A stretch of 63,848 nucleotides of DNA, filler included, from Chiloscyllium plagiosum (GCF_004010195.1; 4 parts of one record of this genome joined end to end with filler, not necessarily neighbours in it); one strand, 5' to 3'. Counted from the first letter of the whole stretch, positions 12,401-24,775 are shown. Numbers and translations are program-made. The notes: generated by a model not told the origin, from the sequence alone.

Positions 12401-15400
12401 AAATGACTAAAGAAATTGAGGGCTTGGTTAAGCAAAAGGAGGAAGTATGTATCAGGTATAAAGTTAAAAATCACACAACACCAGGTTATAGTCCAACAGG
12501 TTTAATTGGAAACACTAGCTTTTTGAGCACCACTCCTTCGTCAGGTGGTTGTGCAGGACACAGTTGTAAGACACTGAATTTATAGCAAATGTTTACAGTG
12601 TGATGTAACTGAAATTATACATTGAAAAATACCTTGATTGTTTGTTGAGTCTTTCATTTGTTCGAATACCATGATAGTTTCACTTCTTTCATATGTAAAT
12701 CACAAAACTTTTTTAAAAAGTTATATTCTCAGGTTAACTGTAACAATTTGTGTTAGTCAGGCAATATGTTGAAGGTGTTCTCTGTCTGTGCCATCATGTT
12801 TAGACTGATTCTCATCTAAAAAGTGAGACAACAGAGTCTTACATGAATTCATGCAGTTTTTGAGCAAAGTACAATGTAACTCTGCAAGTAAAAATTCACC
12901 CCACAAACATATATGTATATGTGTGCATGTGTCTGTCTGGGGTTGGGGGTTGTGAGTGAGAGAGAAAGTGAATATATGTGTGCGTATGTGAGTGTAGAGT
13001 GTCTTATGTCTGTGAGAGGGTGCATGTTTGAGTGTGGGAGTGTGTGAGAGTGTCTGTGTGCATGTCTGCATCCTTACAGGCACACACTCCCACACTCACA
13101 TGCATCCTCTCAGACTTAGACCATTCTTCACTCATGCACACAGACATACACTCTCTCTCTCAGACACTCACAAGCCCCACACCAGACACACATTCCGACA
13201 GACACACACACTCCCACATGCACTCCCTCACAGACTTAAGACACTCTACACTCACATACACACACATATACACTCTCTCTCAGTTACATCACGCTGTAAA
13301 GTTCTGCTATAAATTCTGTGTCTTACAATGGTGTCCTCCACAACCACCTGATGAAGGAGCAGCGCCAATTAAACCTGTTGGACTATATCCCGTGTGATTT
13401 TTAACTTTGTACACCTCAGTCCAATACCAACATCTCCAAATCATGACTACTATGGACACCTCTAACTGCCAGCTTAAAGTGGAGAGGATCTCCAAAAAGA
13501 TCTCACATATTGACACAGACATCAAGTTTCTACAGGAATGCAGGCAAGCAGGAAAGATACCAAAAGGATTATGGATCACGAACCCACTCAAGTCAACCTA
13601 CAACACAGACTATGCAGAGAAACTTTGCCACCGCACCTCTCGCAAACTACTCAATCATCTCATGCACCAACACTACAGCAGGCACCACAACCTTGAAATT
13701 CAGATGGAGTCCAGACTCTATCCTGCACTCAGGATACAGCAGTACAATTACGCTACATTGCCAAACAGACAAGGCGACAAAACTACACCACTTACATGCA
13801 CACCAAGAACAAAAACACTGGAGAAACTTGGCATTCTCACCAGTAGTAGCAAAGCCCACCCTGGCACCATAGTCGATAACATTATCACTGCGGGGAAGTC
13901 TATTATCAAATTATCAGACCACACCCTTTGATCAGAAGAGATTGAAGTCCTGAGTAGGGGTCTCAACTTCTGCCCCACCACCAAAATGAACCCGTTGGTT
14001 CTTGCAGCAGACACGGAGGAGTTCATCAGATGAATGAGACTCTGGGAATTCTTTCAAGGTGCCAGCAGTGATCCCAATGATCCCACTAATGAACTGAAAC
14101 AGTCATCACAGGAATCTGTAAAGGAGCGACCAAAGAAGGTGTCAACTTGGACCCCATCGGAGGGCCACTGCCCTGGGCTGGACATGTATGCTTAAACCGT
14201 CAGGAAATATATGAATGCCAGATTCATCATCCGTACCCACAAGGTAGAGCAAAACATCTTACATTGACAACATTTTCTTTCTCTGGACCCATGGCGAAGA
14301 GTCATTGTTAAAATTACACAGTGATATAAAGAAGTTTTGTCCCACCATCAAACTTACCATGGACTACTCTTGACTATCTGTCATTCTTGGACACATGCAT
14401 CTCCATCAAGGATGGACATCTCAGCACCACATTCTACCACAAACCAACAGACAACCTCACAATGCTACCTGTCTCCAGCTTTCACCCAAAACATACTAAA
14501 ACAGCCATCCCCTATGGACAAGCCTACGCATATAGCGGATCAGTTCAGATGAGGAGGAACGTGACGGGCGCCTGGAAGTACTCAGGGATGCCATCAGAAG
14601 AACGGGGTACAATGCTCAACTCATCGACCGCCAGTTCCGATGTGCCACAGCAAGGAACCGTATTGACCTCCTCAGGAGACAGACACGTGCTGCAACCGAC
14701 AGGATACCCTTCGTTGTCCAATACTTCCCAGGAGCTGAAAAGCTATGCCATGTTCTTCGAGACCTGCAACACAGTCACTGCTTGCCTTTAAACAACTCCC
14801 AAACCTCAAACAGATCATTATTCATAGCAAGCTGCCCGGCTCTCAGGACAACTCCATACAACCCTGTCACGGGAGATGTTGCAAGATGTTTCAGAGTGTG
14901 GACATGGATACCACCATTACACATGGGGACACTCCCACCACGTACATGGCAGGTACTCATATGACTCAGCCAACACTGTCTATCTTATACGTTGCAGGCA
15001 AGGATGCCCTGAGGTATGGTACGTTGGGGAAACCGAGCAAAGGCTACAGCAACGGATGAATGGGCACCGTACAACAATCAACAGACAGGAGGGTTCCCTC
15101 CCAGTTGGGGAACACTTCAGCGGTCCGGAACATTCGACCCCAGACCATCGGGTGACCATCCTCCACGGTGGACCTCGGGACAGGCAGCAGCGTAAGGGGG
15201 CGCACACGCACACACGCACACACGCACACGTTTGTGGGGTGAATTTTTACTTGCAGAGTTAAATTGTACTTTGCTCAAAAACTGTGTAGATGAGAATCAG
15301 TCTAAACATTATGGCACAGACTGAGAACGCAGGGGGCAAACACCTTCAACATATTGTCTGGCTAACACCAATTGTTACACAGTTAACCTGAGAATGTAAC

Positions 15401-15656
15401 TTTTTTAAAAAGGTTTTGTGATTTACACATGAAAGAAGTGAAACTATCATGGTATTTGAACAGATGAAAGGCTCAACAAACAATCAAGGTATTTTTCGAT
15501 GTATAATTTCAGTTACATCACACTGTAAATGTTTGCTATAAATTCTGTGTCTTACAACTGTGTCCTGCGCAACCACCTGACAAAGGAGTGGTGCTCCAAA
15601 AGCTAGTGTTTCCAATTAAACCTGTTGGACTATAACCTGGTGTTGTGTGATTTTTA

Positions 15657-15794
15657 GGGAGAAAGTGAGGTCTGCAGAAGATGGAGATCAGAGCTGAAAA
15701 TGTGTTGCTGGAAAAGCGCAGCAGGTCAGGCAGCATCCAGGGAACAGAAGAATCGACGTTTCGGGCATAAGCCCTTCTTCAGGAAATGGGCTTA
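15657..15794 (-). mobile_element. PLE family B terminal-repeat fragment nested in the family A 3' pLTR
   Basis: Family B terminal sequence with 14-bp TSD TTGTGTGATTTTTA (15643-15656, 15795-15808). Confidence 0.88.
15753..15784 (-). ncRNA. Minimal hammerhead ribozyme motif (family B), core intact
   Basis: Minus strand reads UUC-CUGAAGA-A-GGGC-UUAU-GCCC-GAAA-CGUC-GA, with all core nucleotides and a palindromic ACGU stem III. Confidence 0.8.
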
Positions 15795-16230
15795 TTGTGT
15801 GATTTTTAACTTTGTACACCCCAGTCTAACATCGGCATCTCCAAATTATGTCAGGTATAGACAGGATTGATCGAGTGAATCCTTGGAAGAGTATAAAGGC
15901 AGTAGGAGTATACTTAAGAGGGAAATCAGGAGGGCAAAATGGGGACATGAGATGGCTTTGGTAAATAGGGTGAAGGAGAATCTAAAGGGTTTTTACAAAT
16001 ACATTAAGGACAAAAGAGTAACTGGGGAGAGAATAGGGCCACTCCTGTGTGGATCTGCAGGAGATGGGGGACGAGTATTTTGCATCAGTATTTACTGTGG
16101 AAAAGGACATGGAAGATATAGAATGTAGGGAAATAGATGGTGACACCTTGAAAAATGTCCTTATTACAGAGGAGGAAGTGCAGGATGTCTTGAAATGCAA
16201 AAACGTGGAAAAATCCTCAGGACCTGATCA

Positions 16231-16445
16231 ACAAAGAGTCATTTCTTCAAAAATCTCAATCAAGTTTGTGAGACATGATCTCCCGCACACAAAGCCATGT
16301 TGACTATCCTTAATTAGTCCTCGTCTTTCCAAATACATATACATCCCGTCCCTCAGGATTCCTTTAAACAACTTGCCCACCACCAACGTCCGGCTCACTG
16401 ATTCATAGTTCCCTGTCTTGCCCTTACCACCTTTCTAAAACAGTT
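16231..16445 (-). mobile_element. Antisense CR1 RT fragment fused to a SINE
   Basis: Reverse complement of the CR1 region F.KGGK.K.GNY...HGFVRGRSCLTNLIE, inserted in a plus-strand CR1. Confidence 0.85.
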
Positions 16446-16714
16446 TTCCGCCTTGGGCAACTGTCTGTACGGAGTTTGCACATTCTCAGTGTCTGCGTGG
16501 ATTTCCTCCGGGTGCTCTGGTTTCCTCTGACAATCCAAAAGATATCCTGGTCAGGTGAACTGGCCATGCTAAATTGCCAATAGTGTTAGGTGCCATTAGT
16601 CAGGGGTAAGTAGGAAATAGGGATCTGGGTGGGTTACTCTTTGGAGGGTCAGTGTAGACTTGTTGTGACGAAGGGCCTGTTTCCATAATGTAGGGAATTT
16701 AATCTAATCTAATT
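16446..16714 (+). mobile_element. 5'-truncated HE1-like SINE
   Basis: V-domain and tail ending TAATCTAATCTAAT. Confidence 0.88.
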
Positions 16715-19310
16715 TGATCAGGTATACCTGAAAACTCTGTGGGAAGCTTGGGAAGTGATTAGTGGGCCTTTTGCCAAGATATTCATATCATTGATAGTCA
16801 CAGACGAGATCCCGGAAGTCTGGAGTTTGGCTAACGTGGTGTTACTGTTTAAGAAGGGTCGTAAGGACAAGCCAGGGAACTATGGACCAGTGAGCCGGAT
16901 GTCAGTGCTGGGCAAGTTGTTGGAAGGAATCCTGAGGGACGGGAAAGGCAAGGACTGATTAGGGATAGTCAACGTGGCTTTGTGCATGTGTCTCAAAATT
17001 GATTGCGTTTTTTTGAAAAAGTAACAAAAAGGATTGATGAGGGCAGAGCAGTAGACGTGATCTATCCGGACTTCAGTAAGGTATTCGACAAGGTTCCCCA
17101 TGGGAGACTGGTTGGCAAAGTTAGATCTCACGGAATACAGGGAGAACTAGCCATTTGGATACAAAACTGGCTCAAAGGTGGTGATGGAGGGTTGTTTTTC
17201 AGACTGGAGACTTGTGACCAGTGGAGTACCACAAGGATCGGTGCTGGATTCACTACTTTTCATCATTTATATAAATGATCTGGATGTGAACAGAGGAGTT
17301 ATAGTTAGTAAGTTTACAGATGATTGGAGGTGTAGTGGACAGCAAGGAAGGTCACCTTAGAGTAGAATGGGATATTAATTAGATGGGCCAATGGACTAAG
17401 GAGTGGCAGATGGAGTTTAATTTAGATAAATGCAAGGTGGTAAATTTTGGGAAAGCAAATCTTAGCAGGACTTATACACTTAATGGTAAGGTCCTAGGGA
17501 GTGTTGTCCAACAAAGAGACCTTGGAGAGCAGGTTCATAGCTCCTTGAAAGTAGAGTCGCAGTTAGATAGGATAGTGAAGGCAGCGTTTGGTATGTTTTC
17601 CTTTATTGGACAGCGTATTGAATACAGGAGTTGGGAAGTCACATTGCAGCTGTACAGGACATTGGTTAGGCCATTTTTGAAATATTGTGTGCAATTCTGG
17701 TCTCCTTCCTATCAGAAAGATATTGTGAAACTTGAAAGGGTTCAGAAAAGATTTACAAGGATGTTGCCAGCTATAGGGAGAGGTAAATAGGCTGGGGCTG
17801 TTTTCCCTGGAGCATCGGAAGCTGAGGGGTCACCTTATAGAGGTTTATAAAATCATGAGGGGCAGGGATAGGGTAAATAGACAAGGTCTTTTCCCTGGGG
17901 TGGGGGAGTCCAGAACTAGACTGCATAGGTTTAGGGTGAGAGGGGAAAGATATAAAAGAGACCTGAGGGGCATTCTTTTCACACAGAGAGTGATACGTAT
18001 ATGCAATGAGCTGTCTGAGTAGTAGTGGAGGCTAATACAATTGCAACATTTAAAAGGCATCTGGATGGGTATATGAATAGGAAGGGTTTGGAGGAACATG
18101 GGCCGGATGCTGGCAGGTGGGACGAGATTGGGTTGGGATATCTGGTCGGCATGGACAAGTTGGACTGAAGGGTCTGTTTCTGTGCTGCACATCTTACAAT
18201 GACTCTATAAATAGTAAAATGTACTTCAAACATATTAATTGTAAAAGATAAATTTTGAATAGAGTGAGGCCCATAAGGAACATGCAGAGTAAGCTGCTCA
18301 CTGAAGTAAAGGATATGGCAGAGATACTGAATGAATGTTTTGCTTCTATCTTTACAAAATTTGAAGATGGTGACAATAGCCAAGTTGAAATGTGGGTGTT
18401 GAGTATCTAAGCAGATAGATAATGAGGTGTTAAAAAGGCTGGCAGGGCTCCAGATAGAGAAGTCGCCAGGCCTAAATGTGATGCATCTCGATTGCTAAGA
18501 GGGTAAGGGAGCAAATCGTGGCACTATTGACTTTTCCAGGTCAGTCTGAACAGAGGATTAGTCCCAGGGGGCTGGACGACTGCAAATGTGACACCTTTGT
18601 TTAAGATAGGGGCAATGGATAATCCAGGAAACTACAAACCTGTTAGTTTGACATCAGTAGTGGGAAAACTGATGGAGTCCATAGTACAGGATAAGGTACA
18701 GCTTCCAGCAAAATAAATTAATACTAGAAAATCAATGTGGCTTTATCAGGTGCAGGTCAAATCTGACAAATTTCTTTGAGTGCTTTGGCAAGGCGACATG
18801 GGCAGTGAATGAGAGAAATACTGTGGATATTGTACATTTACATTTTCAGAAAGCATTTGATATGGTGCCACATGTTGGTTGGTTAACAAATTTGAATTGT
18901 TTCAGATTGATGGTTCTTTGGCAGCATAGATTAGAAGTTGACTACAAGGTAGGTTACAAAGTCAAGTTTGGTGGGTCATTTCTCAGATTAGTGTTCCCAT
19001 AGGATCGGTTTTGGGATCCTTGCTTTTTATGATTTATATAAACCATTTGGAGATGGATGTTGAGGGCAAAATATATAAATTTTCAGATTGTACTCAACTC
19101 GGGAGAATAGAAAGATGATGCTTCGCAACTTCAGAGGGACATTGACAAGTGGGCCAAAAAGACAGATGTCTGGAAGATGAACTTCAATGCAGAGAAATGT
19201 GAAGTAATGCATTTTGGTGGAACAAACCAACACACATTGCAGGTACAACTTTGGGGGAAATATAGGAGCTGGGGGACCTCAGGGCTCACATTCATGAATG
19301 TCTAAAGGTA

Positions 19311-19460
19311 TGAGCCCTTCTTCAGGAAACATTCCTGAAGAAGGGCTTATGCCCGAAACGTTGATTCTCCTGTTCCGTGGATGCTGCCTGACCTGCTGCA
19401 CTTTTCCAGCAACACATTTTCAGCTCTGATCTCCAGCATCTGCAGTCCTCACTTTCTCCT
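19311..19460 (+). mobile_element. Short PLE family B insertion with a short 5' inversion
   Basis: 12-bp TSD TGTCTAAAGGTA (19299-19310, 19461-19472). Confidence 0.88.
19332..19364 (+). ncRNA. Minimal hammerhead ribozyme motif (family B), core intact
   Basis: CUGAAGA-A-GGGC-UUAU-GCCC-GAAA-CGUU. Confidence 0.75.
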
Positions 19461-20289
19461 TGTCTAAAGGTAGCCAGGCAAGCTAAAACAATTGTTAAGA
19501 AGGCTTCTAGGATCTTTGTGTATATAAATAGAGTATAAAAGCAAGGAATTAATGCTAATCCTCTACAAATCACTGGTCAGGCCACATTTGGAGTATTGTG
19601 CTCAGTTCTGGGCACCTTTTTTAAGGAATGATGTTAAAACCCTGGAGATTTTCAAGAATAATACCAATAATGAAGGATTTTAGATACAAGGGAAGATTAG
19701 AGAGCTTGGGCTTATTCTCCTTGGAGCAGAAAAGATTAAGATGGGACCTTATTGAGATGTTTAAAATTATGAACAATTATGACAGGGTAAGTATAGCTGG
19801 TATATCAGCAACTAGGGGTCATAATTTCAAGATTGTCAGGAAGAGGGCTAGGAGTGAGATGAGGAGAAACTCTTTACTTAGGCAGTTGTTACGACTTGGA
19901 ATGCACTGCCAGAGAGAGTAGTGAAGATGATTTCATAGGGGTTTTAAAAAGAGAGCTGGATAATGTGAAACTGATGAATTAGAGGTCTATGGAGAATGGG
20001 ACTATTTGGGTTGCTGTTTTGGAAGCCAGGACAGGGCTCCTTTTGTACTGTAAATTCCTATGATATCAGCATTGTATGTGCATTATGGGGGTGAACTGAA
20101 GCTCCTGCTTTTTTTTGTGTGTTCCATTTTTCTGGTTCTAAATAAAAGCTATGTTTGGAATTGTCCAACTGCTTGCCTGTATGTGATGTTGCCTTTCAGC
20201 TCAACTATGAGATGAGTGCTGCAGGCAGAGTTGCAGTGACCTAAGACAGAATGTTACAATTGTGTAGAGCTATTGGATCAGAATTCCCA

Positions 20290-23200
20290 CAGACCCTCCA
20301 AATAGGTACTGAGGTGGCGACATCTGTTATGTCCATCTCCAATTCTGCGATATTTTCAATGCTTGACAGAGACGGACATCCGTGGGTTCCAGAACAGTGG
20401 GAAAAGCTGTTGAGAACCTGGACACATTTTGCTCCTGCATCATTTGAGAGTTTGCAGCTTTCAAATGGTCCATGTGTTTGTTCAGAAATATCACACGTAC
20501 CCAATGTTTATACATACTGAATCTGACCTTACATCAATAATGCTTGTTACCCATGCAGACTCAAAGAAGTAAACTGTCTCACTTAGCAGAGTCTTCTGCC
20601 CAACCTTTGTCCTCCTAATGCCATTTCAACCTCTGGAAAGATTAGATTTAAGATGGTGGAGTATTCTCCTCATTAGCAACTCTGTTGCAGGTATCCATGT
20701 TATTAGCACGTCCTCTAGAAAAATGGTAACCTGGACTACACCTTGTAAAATGTTCTCCATTGTCCTCTGAAAAATTGCACACGCTGATGATACCCCAACT
20801 GGCTGTCTCGTAGATTGTTACAAACACCTATGGGAATTAACTGCAGCATATGTCTGAGATCCTCACCGAAGCACAGTTAAAATTATGCACAGCTTATATC
20901 CAGCTTCGCGAAGGTCAGCCTCCTTGTCAGCTTTGTATATAAATCCACTATGCGAGAGATTGGGTATTTATCCAGTGGTTTACCATTCATTTAGAATCCC
21001 TACAGTGGTTTACCATTCATTTAGAATCCCTACAGAGGTGAACGACCATGGCTGACTTTACGCAAACAGGGCTTGTTTAATGATTGCTTTCCAGCATTCT
21101 GATTTACGACTTTCCTTTTGCAATGCAAGGCAATTAGCACTGGGCGGGCCTTGCAAAATCATGGAATTGCTTTCTGGTCAACATACAAAATGACCTTCTC
21201 TCCTTTGATAGTCCCTAGACATTCCTGAAAAACTTCAGCTTATTTAAATATTACTTCACTCAGGCAGCCACTTTCTAATTGAAAAATGTTGAAGCAATCT
21301 AGGTGAATCTTTCTTAACTAAATTTGCCCCATCAAGCTTCAGCCTGAAACTTTTACCACAATTAGTGGTAATTGAAGCAGTTGCATGACATACGGGACTG
21401 CAAAAAAGTTAATCTGTAAAGTTGCCCCAGTATAGGTTCTCAGTCTAGCCAAGCTTTTTTGCACAAAGTTAAGGATCGGAGTCCAGAGCGAATTTTGTTA
21501 AAGACTGGTTCTGCGATCACAGAAACAGCCATGCCAGTTTGAACTTACATTAGAATTGGGTGACCATTTAACCAGATGTTTATTTTGATTGGTTCTGATT
21601 TGGGTGTTGCTAAGCAATTTAACTGTTCCAAACCAGATATAAGTAGAATTTCCAGGGTGTGCACTCTCCCAGATACCAGCTTATGAGTTCTCTTACTCAA
21701 TTTAGATTCAGTGTGTTTGTTTTGCTGTCTCAAGTCCACACACCTGCAGTGACTGCAATGGCTTGCTGGCCCAGATCCTGATGAAAATGTTAAAAGTTTG
21801 TCCAAGGCTTAGCTTTTTTTTAATCAGGTTTTGCTGTGGGCTGACCTAGCATCCCTCTGTTCAGGATATGTCCTGACTGAGGCTATGCAATTGTCTTCAC
21901 TCAAGTGGTGTTCCCTAAGCTCAGCTGAACTGGCCTGGCTGTCCACTTCCATCAGAATATCCTGCAATTCATATAGTTCACTTGCCGTATTTCCAGTAAT
22001 AAAGACAGTGCTTGTTTTGAAGTCCAGCTGGGTTTCAGCTCATAAGCACTTTTGCATGGTAAAGTTATTAATCTCACATACCAAACAGTATGCATCTCAT
22101 TAAGGGTTAAACCAAAGGCACATGCCTCTGCCATCACCTTAACCTGCTCAAAAAACCCGACGGAAATTCTTCTGATTCTTGAACTGCCCAATAAACATGA
22201 ATTAAATATCTCAGAATTAAAGGAGACTCTGGGTCATGATATTCCTTAACTAAATCTGTCATTTCTTAAAAAGCTTTAGTATCTGATGTCTCAGAAAATG
22301 TTAGGCTCTGAATAACTAAAAAAGATGCTTGTTCACAAGCTGTCAGGAGAATTACTCATTACTCTTCATGTACTCCAATATCATTGCCTAGAAAAAGACA
22401 ACGCATTCTTTCCACATACTAGGCCCACGCTTCAACAGCAGGATCATAGAAGTCAAACTTCCCAAACACAGAATAACCTCGATTATCTGAACGAAGACGA
22501 GTAGGGACTATTTTGTTTGGATAATTGTTGGTTTGGATAACTGATCTGATCATAAACAAAAGAAACCATACTGATCTAATGCTGTGCTCTACTGGAGAGT
22601 TTGTATAAATCTATAATTTTGGTGAGTCTGCTATTTAAACAACCTAATCTTTGCATTCTACAAATTGCAGGTTAAACTGAGACGGAGTAAACCCTTACCA
22701 TCACATAAATATATGAAATTCCAGCATTAAACAAGGTCTCGAACAGTTTCTACAATCACAAGAGCCTTTGTCAGTTTCCGCTGAACTCAGTGTTGCGATA
22801 GAAAGACAGAAGCACTGCCTTGCGTATGCATTTATTTTCTCTGCCATTTTTTTCATGAACGGCCCTGTAAAATGACAGGAATAAAGAACTTACTTTTGCA
22901 AAGAGCGATGTAACTAACCCTTATGTAAAAAATATCCAGTCACTATTGGATGAAGTATTTGTGTTTCTTTGTTTTTGCCCGTGTTTTCATATTCTTCAGT
23001 ACAGGTAATCCGAAATCACTTACCTCTTTCATCTAACGTTTTTACGGGACCTTGCGATCTTGTTCAGATAATCCAAAATCAGGATAATTGATGTTCGAAT
23101 AACCGAGGTTTCCCTATAACGGTATGTTGCCACAATACTTACCCCAACTCAAAGGTGACTGTTGCGAGCCCAAATTTCTTCAGGAGCATGCTTTTCTCTC

Positions 23201-23431
23201 ATTGTCATTGGAAGTACTCCACAGAAACCTGTATCCTGTCACCAAATCACCTTTATTTACATGTAGAGAGCTCTTTACACTGATCCAGCTCAGTCAGAGC
23301 CAGCTATCAGAGTGAACAAAATCTCTGACACTCCTATTTATATCTGTCAGCCAGGGATTCTTGATTAGACCAGATTAACAGCCCAAACCAGGAACTCATT
23401 CTATGATAACGACCTGGTTTACCTCATGACA
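20290..23431 (-). mobile_element. Decayed Ty3/Gypsy LTR retrotransposon (LTR, gag, protease, RT, integrase C-terminus; internal deletion)
   Basis: LTR TG...CA at 23431-23209 with TATAAA and AATAAA. gag FGKFDFYDPAVEAW...; protease-like IWLNGHPILM; RT YPIS...FAKLDI...LEDVLIT; integrase tail ELLMRR...NKHMDHLKA. Confidence 0.8.
22469..23116. mobile_element. pogo/Tigger-like MITE inserted at the start of the Gypsy gag
   Basis: Imperfect ~24-bp TIRs CAGAATAACCTCGATTATCTGAAC / GTTCGAATAACCGAGGTTTCCCTA. TA flanks the right end and CA (a probable mutated TA) the left; subterminal GGATAA repeats; no ORF. Confidence 0.8.
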
Positions 23432-23964
23432 ATCGCTAAACTTTGAAGTCAGGATGATGAGTGGCTTGGTTTGGAATTTGCAGGTGGTGATATTCCAATG
23501 TATTTCCTGCCCGTATCCTTCTAGATGGAAGTGATTGTGGGTTTGGAAACAGCTGTTTAAGGATTTTTGATGAGTGTCAGCAGTGTATCATGTAGACAGT
23601 ATACACTGTTGTTACCGAGCTTTGATGGTGGAGGAAGTGGAAGCTTGTGGATATGGTGCCAATCAAACAGGCTGCTGTGTCCTGGATAGTGTCAATTTTC
23701 TTGAGTATTGTTGAACCAACACCAGTCCAGACAAGTGGGAAGTGTTCCATCACAAGACTGACTTCTTCCTTGTGAATGATGGATAGATCTTAGGGGAGTC
23801 AGAAGAATTCCTTCTCACTGACTGCTCTTATAGTGCGATAAATCCAGTTGAATCTTGGTCAATGTTAAGCACAAGGATGTTGATAGTGGAGAACTCCGTG
23901 ATAGCAACACCATCTAACTTCAGATTGTTTCTTATTGGAAATTATCATTGCCAAGTATTTATGT

Positions 23965-24420
23965 GAACATAGAACAGTACAGCACAGGAATAGGTCCTTT
24001 GGCCCACCAAGATTGTGCTGACACATGAGCCGTTCTAAACTAAAAGCTCTTTGCCTCAACACAATTCATATCCCTTTATTCTCTGATAATTCATGTATCT
24101 GTGAAGATGCCTCTTAAACATTATTATTGTATCCACGTCTGCCACCTCCTCTGGCAGTGCATTCCAGACACTTACCACTCTGTATAAAAAAAACCTGCCT
24201 CTCACATCTCCTTTAAAGTTACCCTGCCTCTTTACCATAAACCTATGTCCCCTATAAATGACATATCTACCATGACAAGAAGACTCCAACATTTGAACCA
24301 ATTTTATAAACTTCTATCAGATTGCCTCTCATCCGTTGATGTTCAAGTAGAAACAAACCAACTTTATCCAATCTCTCTTCACAGCTAATACCTTCCAAAT
24401 CAGGTCATATCTGAGTAAGG
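23965..24420 (-). mobile_element. CR1 3' fragment
   Basis: GDVRGRFFLYRVVSVWNALPEEV plus the tail GAACATAGAACAGTACAGCACAG. Confidence 0.85.
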
Positions 24421-24539
24421 ATGTGACTCGAATGTTACTTGCCATTTGTCAGCCTAAGCCTGAATATTATCCAGACCATGCTATATCTGAAAAAGTATCT
24501 GACTAGTCGTGAACATTGCCGAACATTGTGCAATCTGGA

Positions 24540-24775
24540 ACTAAAAGTCTAATGATGACCATGTTGCCACTGTCGCTTGTCAGGAAGTATCCATTTCACT
24601 CATTGATGTCCTTTAAGGAAGGAAACTGGCATCTTTACCTGGTCTGGCCTACATGTGATTCCAGACCCACAGCAATGTGGCTGACTCTTAACTACCTTCT
24701 GGACAATAATGGGATGGGCGACGAATGCTGGCCTAGCTAGCAATGTCTACACCCTGTGAATGAATAATAAAAAAG
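24540..24775 (+). mobile_element. SINE 3' part or LINE-tail-like repeat
   Basis: GATGTCCTTTAAGGAAGGAAA...CCAGACCCACAGCAATGTGG...GAATGAATAATAAAAA with an A-rich end. Recognised as a common shark repeat, but the family is uncertain. Confidence 0.55.

Larger units (their letters stand above)
12461..15850 (+). mobile_element. Penelope-like element (family A): inverted pseudo-LTR, pLTR, decayed RT/GIY-YIG ORF, 3' pLTR
   Basis: The ORF starts at ATG ~13442 directly after the pLTR. It carries LSRGLNFCPT, LDTCISIKDGHLSTTFYHKPTD and the GIY-YIG motif NTVYLIRCRQGCPEVWYVGETEQRLQQRMNGH; the RT core is internally deleted. 9-bp TSD TCAGGTATA at 12452-12460 and 15851-15859. Confidence 0.92.
9240..18205 (+). 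mobile_element. Near full-length CR1/HER1 LINE (5' UTR, ORF1 zinc finger plus esterase, ORF2 APE-RT, 3' tail) with multiple nested insertions
   Basis: ORF1 begins ~9787 (VICSSCW) with the esterase at ~10200-10710. ORF2 carries IIAITETWL, GLYYRPPNS, DFSKVFDKVPH, SGVPQGSVL and RPFLKYCVQFWSP, and the tail is at ~18200. The reading continues across the inserted elements. Confidence 0.92.
18230..20065 (+). mobile_element. Older CR1 subfamily ORF2 remnant
   Basis: NPGNYKPVSLTSVVGK, DIVHLHFQKAFD, RPHLEYCAQFW and LGLFSLEQKRLR motifs. Similar to 45010-46490. Confidence 0.85.

Noticed and set aside
12905..13280. CRISPR-like or satellite array
   Set aside because: These are degenerate (TG)n/(CA)n tracts that belong to the PLE family A pLTR; there is no repeat-spacer structure, and the context is eukaryotic.
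13407..15262. Intact RT/GIY-YIG protein gene or homing endonuclease
   Set aside because: It has multiple stops and frameshifts and a deleted RT core; it is a dead PLE ORF.
20241..20520. Overlapping ORFs on both strands as a possible host exon
   Set aside because: The minus strand matches the Gypsy integrase C-terminal region (YKHWV...NKHMDHLKA).
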